Source of the DNA: an uncultured Alphaproteobacteria bacterium
GTDB lineage: Bacteria; Pseudomonadota; Alphaproteobacteria; UBA828
Direction of reading: 5' to 3'
DNA length: 54,707 nt
NCBI GenBank assembly: GCA_913053235.1
Contig: CAJXFT010000003.1
Location: forward strand, 1-54,707
The notes below the pieces were generated by a model, which saw only the letters and a program-made list of their open reading frames with translations, searched no databases and was not told the DNA's origin. The position numbers and the translations under genes are program-made. Positions 21,769 to 31,350 of the stretch are shown here, piece by piece (the stretch's first letter is position 1; each line of letters begins with the position of its first letter).

Positions 21769-22215
21769 TCAGGTGAGCCGTTTCAGAAGGCGCAGAAATT
21801 GTTTCCGCTCGGCCCCGGACAAGGGTTCCAGAATTCCTTCGCTCACTTCGAAGCCATTCGGTATCACGCGTTCCGCCAGGCGAACGCCTGTGGCGCTGAG
21901 GCGCAGCAGGGTGCGCCTGCCGTCCTTCGGATCGGCGCGCCCGGCGATCAACCCGCGCGCCTTGAGGCGGCGCGTGACGCCCTGGATGGTCGCCGGGTCC
22001 ATGGCGGTCAAGCGCCCGAGATGGTTCTGGCTCAACTCGCCTTCATCGGCGAGCTTGGCCAGGGCGGCGAATTGCGTCGGCGTGACATCCGCATCGTTGA
22101 GGCGCTCGAGGAAAATCGCCGTCGCCCGCTGATGCGCACGGCGCAACAAATGCCCCACCTGATCCTCCAGGCGGTAGCTGTTTTCCTCAATCTTCCCGGT
22201 CTTTTTAGCACTCAT
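21769..22215 (-). CDS. MarR family regulator, NicR-like
   Basis: YRLEDQVGHLLRRAHQRATAIF, TPTQFAAL, SQNHLGRLTAMDPATIQGV, DPKDGRR. ATG at 22215; lies next to the nicotinate-type genes. Confidence 0.85.
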   Translation of the reverse strand: MSAKKTGKIEENSYRLEDQVGHLLRRAHQRATAIFLERLNDADVTPTQFAALAKLADEGELSQNHLGRLTAMDPATIQGVTRRLKARGLIAGRADPKDGRRTLLRLSATGVRLAERVIPNGFEVSEGILEPLSGAERKQFLRLLKRLT

Positions 22216-22317
22216 GCTGTTCTGTTTATCATCCTCGATGAGGGGCGGGAATCGCGAATATCTTGTGCCGGCGGGCGGAGCGCGCATAATCCTTGGCGTT
22301 CGGTGATGGAGAAAGCC

Positions 22318-23373
22318 ATGGCGAGTTACGAAATCGCGCTCATTCCGGGGGACGGCATCGGCAAGGAGGTGCTGCCCGAGGCGGTGAGCGTGTTGGAAAA
22401 GGTCGGCGCCAAGTTCGGCATTTCATTCAAGTGGCGCCAATTCGATTGGTCGTGCGAGACCTACGCCAAAACCGGCCGCATGATGCCGGAGGACGGCATC
22501 GAGCAGCTTCGCCCCTTCGATGCCATCTTCCTCGGCGCCGTCGGCTATCCCGGCGTCGCCGATCACGTCTCGCTATGGGGATTGTTGATCCCGATCCGCC
22601 GCGCCTTCCGGCAATATGTCAATCTGCGCCCGATCAAGCTGATGCGGGGCGTCACCACGCCGCTCGCCGGGCGCCAAGCCGGCGATATCGATTTCACCAT
22701 CGTGCGCGAAAACAATGAGGGCGAATATTCCGAGATGGGCGGGCGCATCTATGCCGGCACGGCGCGCGAGATGGTGATCCAGGAGAGCGTCTTCACCCGC
22801 GAGGGCGTCGACAAGGTGATGCGCTTCGCCTTCGAGCAGGCGGCCAAGCGCCGCCGCCACGTCACCTCGGCGACCAAATCGAACGGCATCATCCACACCA
22901 TGCCCTATTGGGACGAGCGCTTCGAGGCCATGAAACCGAACTATCCCGATATCGAAACCGACCAGTTTCATATCGATATTCTCTCCGCCCAATTCGTCCA
23001 GCACCCCGACTGGTTCGATGTCGTGGTCGGCAGCAACCTGTTCGGCGATATTCTCTCCGACCTCGGCGCCGCGGTGGTCGGCGGCATGGGCCTGGCGCCG
23101 GCCGCCAATATCAATCCGGAAAAGGAACATCCCTCCATGTTCGAGCCGGTGCACGGCTCGGCGCCCGATATCGCCGGGCAGAACATCGCCAACCCGATCG
23201 CGCAGATCTGGACCGGCGCCATGATGCTCGACCATCTCGGTCATGAAGACGCCGGCAAGGCCGTCACCGGCGCTATCGAAGCGGTGCTCGCCGATGGCGC
23301 CGTTCTGACCCGCGATTTGGGCGGCACCGCCAGCACGCAGCAGCTCGGCGAGACCATCGCAGCGGCGCTCTGA
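22318..23373 (+). CDS. tartrate dehydrogenase / D-malate dehydrogenase (decarboxylating)
   Basis: IPGDGIG, DHVSLWGLL, VRENNEGEYS, SATKSNGI...MPYWD, NLFGDILSD, FEPVHGSAPDIAG. Start follows a GGAGA SD. Confidence 0.9.
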   Translation: MASYEIALIPGDGIGKEVLPEAVSVLEKVGAKFGISFKWRQFDWSCETYAKTGRMMPEDGIEQLRPFDAIFLGAVGYPGVADHVSLWGLLIPIRRAFRQYVNLRPIKLMRGVTTPLAGRQAGDIDFTIVRENNEGEYSEMGGRIYAGTAREMVIQESVFTREGVDKVMRFAFEQAAKRRRHVTSATKSNGIIHTMPYWDERFEAMKPNYPDIETDQFHIDILSAQFVQHPDWFDVVVGSNLFGDILSDLGAAVVGGMGLAPAANINPEKEHPSMFEPVHGSAPDIAGQNIANPIAQIWTGAMMLDHLGHEDAGKAVTGAIEAVLADGAVLTRDLGGTASTQQLGETIAAAL

Positions 23374-23380
23374 GCCGGCC

Positions 23381-24793
23381 ATGGACGCGCGGCGCAACAG
23401 TCATTGGCTGAGCGAGGCGATCGCTCCGGACGAGGAGAATAGCCCGTCATTGCACGGCGATATCAGCGCCGATGTCTGTATCGTCGGCGGCGGATTTACC
23501 GGCCTGTGGACTGCCCTCGCCCTTAAGCAGCAAGAACCGACGCTGGATGTTGTGATCCTGGAAAAGGACGTCTGCGGCGCCGGCGCGAGCGGGCGCAATG
23601 CCGGCTACGTCCTCAGTTGGTGGGCCAAATTCGCCTCGCTCGAAAAGATTTGCGGCGGCGAGGAGGCGGTGCGCCTCGCCGTCGCTTCGGCCGAAGCCGT
23701 GAACGCCATTGGTGATTTCTGCCGCCAGGAAGGCATCGACGCCCACTACCGCCGCGACGGCTGGCTGTGGGCGGCCACCAGTGACCAACAGGTGGGCAGC
23801 TGGAACGGCACCGTCGAAGCGGCGGAGCGCTACCAGCAACATCCTTTCGAGAGGTGGAGCCCAGAGGAAGTCGTCGCGCGCTCAGGCACAACACGCTATC
23901 AGGCGGGGATTTTCGAGCCTGGTGCTGCCAGCGTACAACCGGCGGCGCTGGCGCGTGGGCTTCGCCGATCCGCCTTGGCGCGCGGCGTGCGAATTTTCGA
24001 AAACACGCCGCTGACAAAGCTGAAGGGTGCGGCAAAGCCCGAAGTCATAACCCCGAAAGGCCGCGTCAAAGCCGCCAAACTGGTGCTGGCGATGAATGCC
24101 TGGGGCATCCGTTTCGCCGCCATCCGGCGCGCCATCGTCGTCGTCTCGTGCGATATGATCATGACCGAAGCCATGCCCGAGCGCATTAAGGAGATCGGCT
24201 GGCCGGGCGACCTGTTGATCACGGACAGCCGCATGCTGATCAATGCCCAATGCACCACGCGCGACGGCCGCATCGGCTTCTGCAAGGGCGGCATGAACGG
24301 CCGCCTGCCTTATGGCAGCCATGTCGGCACCAAATTGGATGGCCCCTCGCCGCTCAGGGAGGACGTCATCTCGTGGCTCGCCTGGACCTATCCCAAACTC
24401 GGCAGGGTGCGCCCGGCCAGCAGTTGGATGGGGCCGATCGACCGCTCCAAGGACGGACTGCCCCATTTCGGCGCGCTCGAAGGCCGGCCCAACGTCTTCC
24501 ATGCCGTCGGCTATTCAGGCAACGGCGTCGGCCCGTCCTATCTCGGTGGCAAGATTCTCGCCTCGCTGGCCCTGGAAAAGCAGGACGAATGGTCGGGATG
24601 CAGCCTGGTGCGCCCGCTCGGGCGCGACTTTCCGCCCGAGCCGATCCGCTATTTCGGCGGCAAACTGGTGCGCAGCGCCATCGCCCGCACCGACGCGGCG
24701 GCGGATAAGGGCAAGAGCCCCGGCCCCCTCACCCGCTATCTCGCCGGCTTCGCCCCCGCCGGCCTGTCGCCGTTCAAGGGACAAAAGACCTGA
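23381..24793 (+). CDS. FAD-dependent amine/amino-acid oxidoreductase (DAO/PuuB-like)
   Basis: 470 aa. IVGGGFTGL, GASGRNAG, VQPAALARGL, W.GPID, GYSGNGVG, FPPEP. Confidence 0.85.
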   Translation: MDARRNSHWLSEAIAPDEENSPSLHGDISADVCIVGGGFTGLWTALALKQQEPTLDVVILEKDVCGAGASGRNAGYVLSWWAKFASLEKICGGEEAVRLAVASAEAVNAIGDFCRQEGIDAHYRRDGWLWAATSDQQVGSWNGTVEAAERYQQHPFERWSPEEVVARSGTTRYQAGIFEPGAASVQPAALARGLRRSALARGVRIFENTPLTKLKGAAKPEVITPKGRVKAAKLVLAMNAWGIRFAAIRRAIVVVSCDMIMTEAMPERIKEIGWPGDLLITDSRMLINAQCTTRDGRIGFCKGGMNGRLPYGSHVGTKLDGPSPLREDVISWLAWTYPKLGRVRPASSWMGPIDRSKDGLPHFGALEGRPNVFHAVGYSGNGVGPSYLGGKILASLALEKQDEWSGCSLVRPLGRDFPPEPIRYFGGKLVRSAIARTDAAADKGKSPGPLTRYLAGFAPAGLSPFKGQKT

Positions 24794-24850
24794 TATTTCC
24801 CGGCGGATGCCGGGTTGCTGCGGATAGCAGCAAGATAAGGAGAGACGATT

Positions 24851-25675
24851 ATGGATTTTACAGGCAAGCGGATATTGGTTACCGGCAGCACCATGGGCAT
24901 CGGCCTCGGCGCCGCCGAAATGTTCCATGCGGCGGGCGCTTCCGTCGCCATCAACGGGCGAAATGCCGCGACCGTCGGCGAGACCGTCGAGGAACTCGGC
25001 GGCGAAAGACTGGTCGCGGCGCCCGGCGATATCGGCTCGATAGAGGGCTGCCGCAACGTCGTCGAGACGGCGATTGCCGGGCTCGGCGGCCTCGACTGCC
25101 TGGTCAATAACGCCGGCATCTGCGATCTCGCCCGGGTGATGGAGGTAAGCGAGGAACATTGGGACAAGATGATGGCCGTAAATTTGCGCTCGGCGATGTT
25201 CTGCTCCAAGTTCGCGCTCAAGGAGCTGCGCAAATCGAAGGGCAATATCGTTCATATCGCCTCGATCTCCGGGCTCGTCGGCGGCCCCAGCGACAGCCAT
25301 GTCTACGCCATTACCAAAGGCGGGATGATCAACATGACCCGCACCATGGCGCTCGAGCTGGCGGGTGACGGGGTGCGGGTGAATTGCCTGTGCCCGGGCT
25401 ATATAGATACGCCGCTGATACAGGCCGAGAACGAAGCGACCGGCGGGCAGGTTTACGATTTTGTCAAGAAATCGGCGCCGCTGGGGCGGATCGGCGAAGT
25501 GCGCGAATGCGCCTCGTCGATCCTCTATTTCGCCTCCGACGGTGCCGGCTACGTCACCGGCGCGATCCTCTCCAACGATGGCGGCTGCGCGGCGAAGGCG
25601 AGCTGGGGCGGCGCCAACCACGAAGACGGCGAGCTGATCAGCAACGCCTACACCACGATACCGCGGACCGACTGA
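24851..25675 (+). CDS. SDR family oxidoreductase (tandem paralog 1)
   Basis: TGSTMGIG, INGR, NNAG, YAITK, VRVNCLCPG. Confidence 0.9.
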   Translation: MDFTGKRILVTGSTMGIGLGAAEMFHAAGASVAINGRNAATVGETVEELGGERLVAAPGDIGSIEGCRNVVETAIAGLGGLDCLVNNAGICDLARVMEVSEEHWDKMMAVNLRSAMFCSKFALKELRKSKGNIVHIASISGLVGGPSDSHVYAITKGGMINMTRTMALELAGDGVRVNCLCPGYIDTPLIQAENEATGGQVYDFVKKSAPLGRIGEVRECASSILYFASDGAGYVTGAILSNDGGCAAKASWGGANHEDGELISNAYTTIPRTD

Positions 25676-25692
25676 GGCGAAAGGAGAAAGCG

Positions 25693-26463
25693 ATGAGCAT
25701 GCAGCTTGATTTTTCAGGAAAGCGGGTTCTGGTGACCGGCAGCACCAAGGGAATTGGCCGCGGCGCCGCCGAAGGCTTCCACGAGCTCGGCGCCATGGTG
25801 GCGATCAACGGACGGACGCCGGAAAGCGTTGCCCGGGCCATCGATGAAATGGGCGGTGGCGAGCGGCTGATCGCCGCCCCGGGCGACCTGTCGCGGGTCT
25901 CGGTGATCCACGATGTCGTTCCCAAGGCGATCGACGCGCTCGGCGGGCTCGACATCCTGGTCAACAATGCCGGGCGCGGCGATGAGCGGCTGATCGATGA
26001 CATCGATGCGGAACATTGGGAAGCGGTGCTGGCGCTCAACCTCAAGGGCGCATTTTTCACCATTCAGACCGCTTTGCCGGCGCTTAAACAATCCAAAGGC
26101 AGCGTCGTCAACGTCGCCTCGATGCTGGGCGTCATGGGCGCCCCCGCGGGGCTGATCGTCTACTCGGCGACCAAGGGGGCGATGGTGCAGATGACCCGGA
26201 TGATGGCGCTCGAACTGGCGCGCGACGGCGTGCGGGTGAACAATCTCTGCCCGGGCTGGATCGACACGCCGATGATCGAGCATGACAACGAACTCGCGGG
26301 CGGCGACGCGCTCTATAAATATATCGACGAGGACTGCCCGCTCGGCCGCATCGGCAAGGTCGACGAGACCACCGGCGCCATCCTCTATCTGTCATCCGCC
26401 AACGCCGGCTACACGACGGGATCGACGCTGGTCGCCGACGGCGGTATATCCTCGGGCCGTTAG
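25693..26463 (+). CDS. SDR family oxidoreductase (tandem paralog 2)
   Basis: ATG 25693 after AAGGAG. TGSTKGIG, INGR, NNAG, YSATK, VRVNNLCPG. Confidence 0.9.
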   Translation: MSMQLDFSGKRVLVTGSTKGIGRGAAEGFHELGAMVAINGRTPESVARAIDEMGGGERLIAAPGDLSRVSVIHDVVPKAIDALGGLDILVNNAGRGDERLIDDIDAEHWEAVLALNLKGAFFTIQTALPALKQSKGSVVNVASMLGVMGAPAGLIVYSATKGAMVQMTRMMALELARDGVRVNNLCPGWIDTPMIEHDNELAGGDALYKYIDEDCPLGRIGKVDETTGAILYLSSANAGYTTGSTLVADGGISSGR

Positions 26464-26531
26464 GCGGGCTGGCGCCATTCGCCTCTGTTGAAAACAGACA
26501 CAAAAACCCGGTTTTCGGAGGAAGCAGTCAG

Positions 26532-27350
26532 TTGGCACAGTATGAAACGCTAAAGGCGAGCCGGGCCGATGGCCTGATGTGGATCAGCTTCAATCGGCCC
26601 AATGTGGTGAACGCGTTCAACCTCCTGCAGTGGCGCGAGCTTCAGGCGGCGCTCGATGAAGCCGCCGGCGACGATGCGGTTCGCGTCATAGCGCTGCGCG
26701 GCGAGGGCGGCAATTTCTCGGCCGGATACGATCTGACCGCGGCGCTCGGCGGCGATCTCGCCGAGCCCCTGCCCAATGCATTCCGCGACTATGTCGATAT
26801 CGGCAACGCCGCTTGCTGGGCGGTGTGGAACCTGAAGAAACCGGTGATTTCGGCGATCCAGGGTTATTGCCTGGGCGGCGCTTTCGAGCTCGCCATGGCC
26901 TGCGACTTTGCCTACGCCGACAGCAGCGCGCAATTGGGCGAGCCGGAAATCCTACTCTCCGACGCACCGCCCTTTTTGATCAGCCCGTGGGTGCTGGGCA
27001 TGCGCCAGGCCAAGCACATTCTCCTGTCGGGCGAGCTGGTTTCGGCTGAGACCGCGATGCGCTACGGCATCCTCAACCAGATCTCGGCGCCGGATGAGTT
27101 GGAGGCGAGCGTGACGCGCATGGCCAGGCGGCTGATGGGCTTTGCGCCGGAGACCTGGCATCAGAACAAGTCGGCGGTAAACCGGTCCTACGAGATCATG
27201 GGCTTCCAGTCCTGTGTCGAAATGGGCAAGGAGGCCTTCGTCACCGCCAATGTCACCCCCAACGCGGTCAAGACGGAGTTCCTCGAACGCTTTAACCGCG
27301 ACGGCTTCTCGGCCGCTATCAAATGGATACAGAGCCGCTACGCGGGTTAG
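26532..27350 (+). CDS. enoyl-CoA hydratase/isomerase (crotonase) family protein
   Basis: TTG start after GGAGG. NRP...NAF, FSAGYDL, KPVISAIQGYCLGGAFEL, GEPE (both catalytic Glu positions present). Confidence 0.88.
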   Translation: MAQYETLKASRADGLMWISFNRPNVVNAFNLLQWRELQAALDEAAGDDAVRVIALRGEGGNFSAGYDLTAALGGDLAEPLPNAFRDYVDIGNAACWAVWNLKKPVISAIQGYCLGGAFELAMACDFAYADSSAQLGEPEILLSDAPPFLISPWVLGMRQAKHILLSGELVSAETAMRYGILNQISAPDELEASVTRMARRLMGFAPETWHQNKSAVNRSYEIMGFQSCVEMGKEAFVTANVTPNAVKTEFLERFNRDGFSAAIKWIQSRYAG

Positions 27351-27371
27351 CGGCAAACCCGGCAAGCGGCA

Positions 27372-28913
27372 ATGGATAATCTCGCGGCCACCACCATAGC
27401 GGCGCTTGTCGAGGCGGCGGCCAACGGGTATGGCGACAAGGTCTGCGCCATCGCGCCCGAGCGCAGCGTGACGTTCAGGCAGTTTGCCGCCGATGTGGCG
27501 GCGATAGCGGATCACCTCAAAGGGCTGGGTATCGCGCCCGGCGAGCGCGTCGCCATCCTCGACGTCAACAGCCTCAATTTTCTCGAATCGCTTTGTGCGC
27601 TGGGTGTTTTGGGTGCCGTTGCCGTGCCCCTGAATTACCGCCAGCGGGTGCCCGAATACCGCTTCCAGATCGCGGATTCCGGCGCCCGGTTGCTACTCGC
27701 CAACTCTCGTTACGCGGCGGCGGGTGATGAGTTGGCGGCGTCGCTGGCGCTCGGCTGGCGGCGCATCGACGATGGCGCGCAAATCGGCCTGCCGGGCCGG
27801 GCAAAGGACGGCCCGGTCCGCCTGAGCGCCCCGCAGCCGTCATCGGCGCTCGCCATCTGCTACACCAGCGGCACCACCGGGCGGCCCAAGGGCGCCGTGA
27901 TCGATCAGTACACGGCCAATCTTCGCGCACTCAAGATGATGTATGAACTGCGCCTCGGGATGGACGACGTCATGCATATGACGACGCCGATGTTCCATAT
28001 CTCGTGCATGATCCTCAGCCTGGCGGCGCTGCAGCGCGGCGCGACCCAGGTGATCCTGCCGCAGTTCGATTACGAAATCACATTTACCGCCGTACGCCGG
28101 CACAAGGTGACTTTCATCAACACCGTGCCGACGATCCTCGGCATGGCGCTGGCGCGCGACGATTTCACGCCCGAGATCTTCGCCGGGCTGCGGCTGATCA
28201 TGTACACCGCGGCGCCCATGAGCCTGGCCCTGCTGCGTAAGCTAATGACCGTCTATCGGGGCGGCCTGATACAGTTTCTCGGCCAGACCGAAGACCTGCC
28301 CCAGACCGTGCTGACGCCGGAGGATCACCGGGGCGCGCTTGCCGGGATTGCGCCCGGGCGGCTCGAATCGGTCGGCCGGGCGAGCGCCGGCGTCGACCTG
28401 ATGATCCGCGACAATGCCGGCGATGCGCTGGCCCAGGGCCAAATCGGCGAGATCGTGACCCGCGCCGGCACCGCGATGTCGGGATACTGGAATCTCCCTG
28501 AGGAAACCGCCGCCACTCTCAAGAACGGCTGGGTCCATAGCGGCGACCTCGGCTACCAGGACGGTGACGGCTATGTCTATTTGGCCGGACGCAAGAAACA
28601 TATGATCATCCGCGGCGGCGAAAACGTCTATCCGTCCGAGGTCGAGCCGATACTCCTGGCGGCGCCCGGCGTGCGCGACGCGGTGATTTTGGGCCTGCCC
28701 GACGAGACCTGGGGCGAGATCGTCGTCGCGGCGGTGGTGCCGGAGGGGCGCGACGCCGATGCCGATGCCGCGGCGATCATCGCCCATTGCAAGAGCCAAC
28801 TGGCCAGCTACCGATGCCCGGAGCGCATCTTTTTTGTCGAGGAAATGCCGCTCAACGCCGCCGGCAAGATTCTTCGCCACGAGCTCGCCAAGCAAATGAT
28901 CGCGCGATCCTGA
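27372..28913 (+). CDS. AMP-dependent acyl-CoA synthetase
   Basis: YTSGTTGRPKG, GQTE, SGDLG, GRKKHMIIRGGENVYP, PLNAAGK. Confidence 0.92.
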   Translation: MDNLAATTIAALVEAAANGYGDKVCAIAPERSVTFRQFAADVAAIADHLKGLGIAPGERVAILDVNSLNFLESLCALGVLGAVAVPLNYRQRVPEYRFQIADSGARLLLANSRYAAAGDELAASLALGWRRIDDGAQIGLPGRAKDGPVRLSAPQPSSALAICYTSGTTGRPKGAVIDQYTANLRALKMMYELRLGMDDVMHMTTPMFHISCMILSLAALQRGATQVILPQFDYEITFTAVRRHKVTFINTVPTILGMALARDDFTPEIFAGLRLIMYTAAPMSLALLRKLMTVYRGGLIQFLGQTEDLPQTVLTPEDHRGALAGIAPGRLESVGRASAGVDLMIRDNAGDALAQGQIGEIVTRAGTAMSGYWNLPEETAATLKNGWVHSGDLGYQDGDGYVYLAGRKKHMIIRGGENVYPSEVEPILLAAPGVRDAVILGLPDETWGEIVVAAVVPEGRDADADAAAIIAHCKSQLASYRCPERIFFVEEMPLNAAGKILRHELAKQMIARS

Positions 28914-29040
28914 ACAATCGCCGAGAACGGCGCACAATTCTTATCAACAGCGCAACAAGGCAATTGTAATGGCGGGCCGGCTTGGCCACAATCGGGCCAA
29001 CCGCGGGCCCGCGGGCCCAACCATGCCAAACGAGGGAAAC

Positions 29041-29256
29041 ATGCGCTTTTCGGACAATGGCTATTACATCGAGCGCTACATCAAATGCGACAATTGCGGC
29101 GTCCTCCTCTATGAGGACGGGCTCAAGGGCGAAGTGGCGGGCGAAGCCAAGCTGTTCTGTTCGGACTGGTGCCAGCAATGGGCCTCGGCGCGCGCCGCCG
29201 GCGTCGACGAGCCGCGCATTCCGCTGCCGCGCGAAGGCATCCACAAGGCCGGCTGA
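29041..29256 (+). CDS. small Cys4 metal-binding protein (TRASH/YHS-like), 71 aa
   Basis: ATG after GAGGG. CDNC...LFCSDWC pattern, GC3-rich codons, 28 bp upstream of hyuA pair 3. Confidence 0.75.
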   Translation: MRFSDNGYYIERYIKCDNCGVLLYEDGLKGEVAGEAKLFCSDWCQQWASARAAGVDEPRIPLPREGIHKAG

Positions 29257-29284
29257 CGCCTGAATATCACGAGAGGTACGCCCC

Positions 29285-31333
29285 GTGGGCAAGGATGTCA
29301 GCATTGACGTCGGCGGCACGTTTACGGATTTCGTCGCCTACGATAGGGATTCGCGCAACCTCACCGTTTGGAAGACTCTATCGACGCCGGACGATCCCGC
29401 CGAGGGCATCGTCGGCGGGCTCGAGCAGGCCGGCCCGGCCGGCGAGATCGAGCATCTCCGTTTCGGCACCACCATCGCCACCAACGCCGTCTTGGAGCGC
29501 AAAGGTGCCGTGGTCGCCTATGTCGCGACCGAGGGCTTCCGCGACGTGCCCTTCATCCAGCGCGGCAAGCGGCAAAGCCATTACGACATCACCTGGATCA
29601 AATCGAAGCCGCTGATGAAGCGCCGCCACGCCTTCGAAGTGGCGGGGCGCATCACTTCGCGCGGCGAGGAATATATTCCGCTCGACGAAGCCGGCGTGCG
29701 CGAGGTGGCGACGCGCATCAGTGAGGACGGGCGCATCCAGGCGGTCGCCGTGTGCCTGCTGTTTTCCTATGTCACGCCGGTGCATGAGCGCCGGGTCAAG
29801 GAAATTTTCGCCGAGATCTGCCCCGACGTGCCGGTTTCCATCTCCTACGACGTGCTGCCCAAATGGAAGGAGCATGAACGCTCCTCGACCACCCTGGCGG
29901 ATGCCTATATCAAGCCGCTGGTGAGCCGCCATCTGGCCAGCCTGAACACGCGCTTCGCCGACCAGGGCGTCAACAAGCGCGTCGCCGTGATCAAATCGAA
30001 CGGCGGCGAGATGTCGCTCGCGGCGGCCGCCAGGGCGCCGATCCAGCTTACCCTCTCCGGCCCCACCGGTGGCGTCGTCGGGGCCAAGCAGATCGCCCGC
30101 CTGGCCGGCGCCGATCACCTCGTCACCCTCGACATGGGCGGCACTTCCACGGATGTCTCGACCGTGGTCAACGGGCGCGAGAGTTTTACCACCAGTTTCG
30201 AGATCGAGTTCGGCGTGCCGATCCAGATTCCGATGATCGATATCCGCACCATGGGCGCCGGCGGCGGCTCGCTGGCCTGGATCGACAAGGGCGGCATGCT
30301 GCGCGTCGGACCCGAAAGCGCCGGCGCCACGCCCGGCCCGGCCTGTTACGGCCAGGGCGGCACCAAGGCGACGGTCACCGACGCCAATCTGGTGCTCGGG
30401 CGCATCAATCCCGAGAATTTCCTCGGCGGCCAAATGGCGCTCGATATGGCGGCGGCGGAAAGCGCGATAGCCAGGGTTGCCGGCGAGATCGACAAGTCGG
30501 CGCAGGAAACCGCGCTCGGCATCGTGCAGATCGCCAACAACAACATGATCGGCGCGCTGCGCTCGGTGCTCACCGAACGCGGCCTCGACCCGCGCGATTT
30601 CACCCTGCTCGCCTTCGGCGGCGCCGGGCCGGTGCATATCTCCGATTTGATGCCGCTCGCCAACATCCCGTCCGGCATCGTGCCCAACCATCCCGGCCAG
30701 TTCTCCGCCTTCGGCTTCACCATGACCGATGCCCGCATCGATGTGGAGCGCACCGCGCCGATGACCTCGAAGGCGTTCCGGCGTGACCATGCCAACGATG
30801 TGATGGCGGATCTGGTGCGCGAATCGACGCAAGGGATCGCCGACCAGGGCTATAGTTCGTCGATCGAAATCTACCGCTCGCTGGAGATGCGCTATTTCGG
30901 CCAGAATCACGAGCTTGAAGTGGCGATCGATTTCGAGCGCTTCGACGATGCCAGCATCGCCTCGATTTGGCGGAGCTTCCACGCCGCCCACAAGGCGCGC
31001 TACAATTTCGATATTCCGGGCGAAACCATCGAGCTGATCAGCATCAAGGTGACGGCGATATCCGTCGCCGAGCGCCTGGCGCTGCCCGAGCTGGCCGAGG
31101 CCGCCGGCGCAGCCGAGCCAATTGCAACGCGCCCGGTGATCTTCGACGACGGCGCCCATGACGCAAAGGTCTATGACCGCGCCAAACTTCTCGGCGGCCA
31201 CCGCCTGCAGGGGCCCGCTTTGATCGAAGAGCCGGCTTCGATCACCGTCGTCCGGCCCGGGCTGAACGCGCGGGTCGATAAATACGGCAATCTGCTGCTC
31301 GGAGAAATCGCCGACGCGCCGGCGTCGCAGTAA
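29285..31333 (+). CDS. hyuA: hydantoinase A/oxoprolinase (or acetophenone-carboxylase-like) ATP-binding subunit (pair 3)
   Basis: 682 aa, GTG start after GAGG. DVGGTFTD, GTTIATN, SGPTGG, DMGGTSTD, GAGGGS, FGGAGP. Confidence 0.92.
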   Translation: MGKDVSIDVGGTFTDFVAYDRDSRNLTVWKTLSTPDDPAEGIVGGLEQAGPAGEIEHLRFGTTIATNAVLERKGAVVAYVATEGFRDVPFIQRGKRQSHYDITWIKSKPLMKRRHAFEVAGRITSRGEEYIPLDEAGVREVATRISEDGRIQAVAVCLLFSYVTPVHERRVKEIFAEICPDVPVSISYDVLPKWKEHERSSTTLADAYIKPLVSRHLASLNTRFADQGVNKRVAVIKSNGGEMSLAAAARAPIQLTLSGPTGGVVGAKQIARLAGADHLVTLDMGGTSTDVSTVVNGRESFTTSFEIEFGVPIQIPMIDIRTMGAGGGSLAWIDKGGMLRVGPESAGATPGPACYGQGGTKATVTDANLVLGRINPENFLGGQMALDMAAAESAIARVAGEIDKSAQETALGIVQIANNNMIGALRSVLTERGLDPRDFTLLAFGGAGPVHISDLMPLANIPSGIVPNHPGQFSAFGFTMTDARIDVERTAPMTSKAFRRDHANDVMADLVRESTQGIADQGYSSSIEIYRSLEMRYFGQNHELEVAIDFERFDDASIASIWRSFHAAHKARYNFDIPGETIELISIKVTAISVAERLALPELAEAAGAAEPIATRPVIFDDGAHDAKVYDRAKLLGGHRLQGPALIEEPASITVVRPGLNARVDKYGNLLLGEIADAPASQ

Positions 31334-31350
31334 AAAGGGAGAGACGCAGC

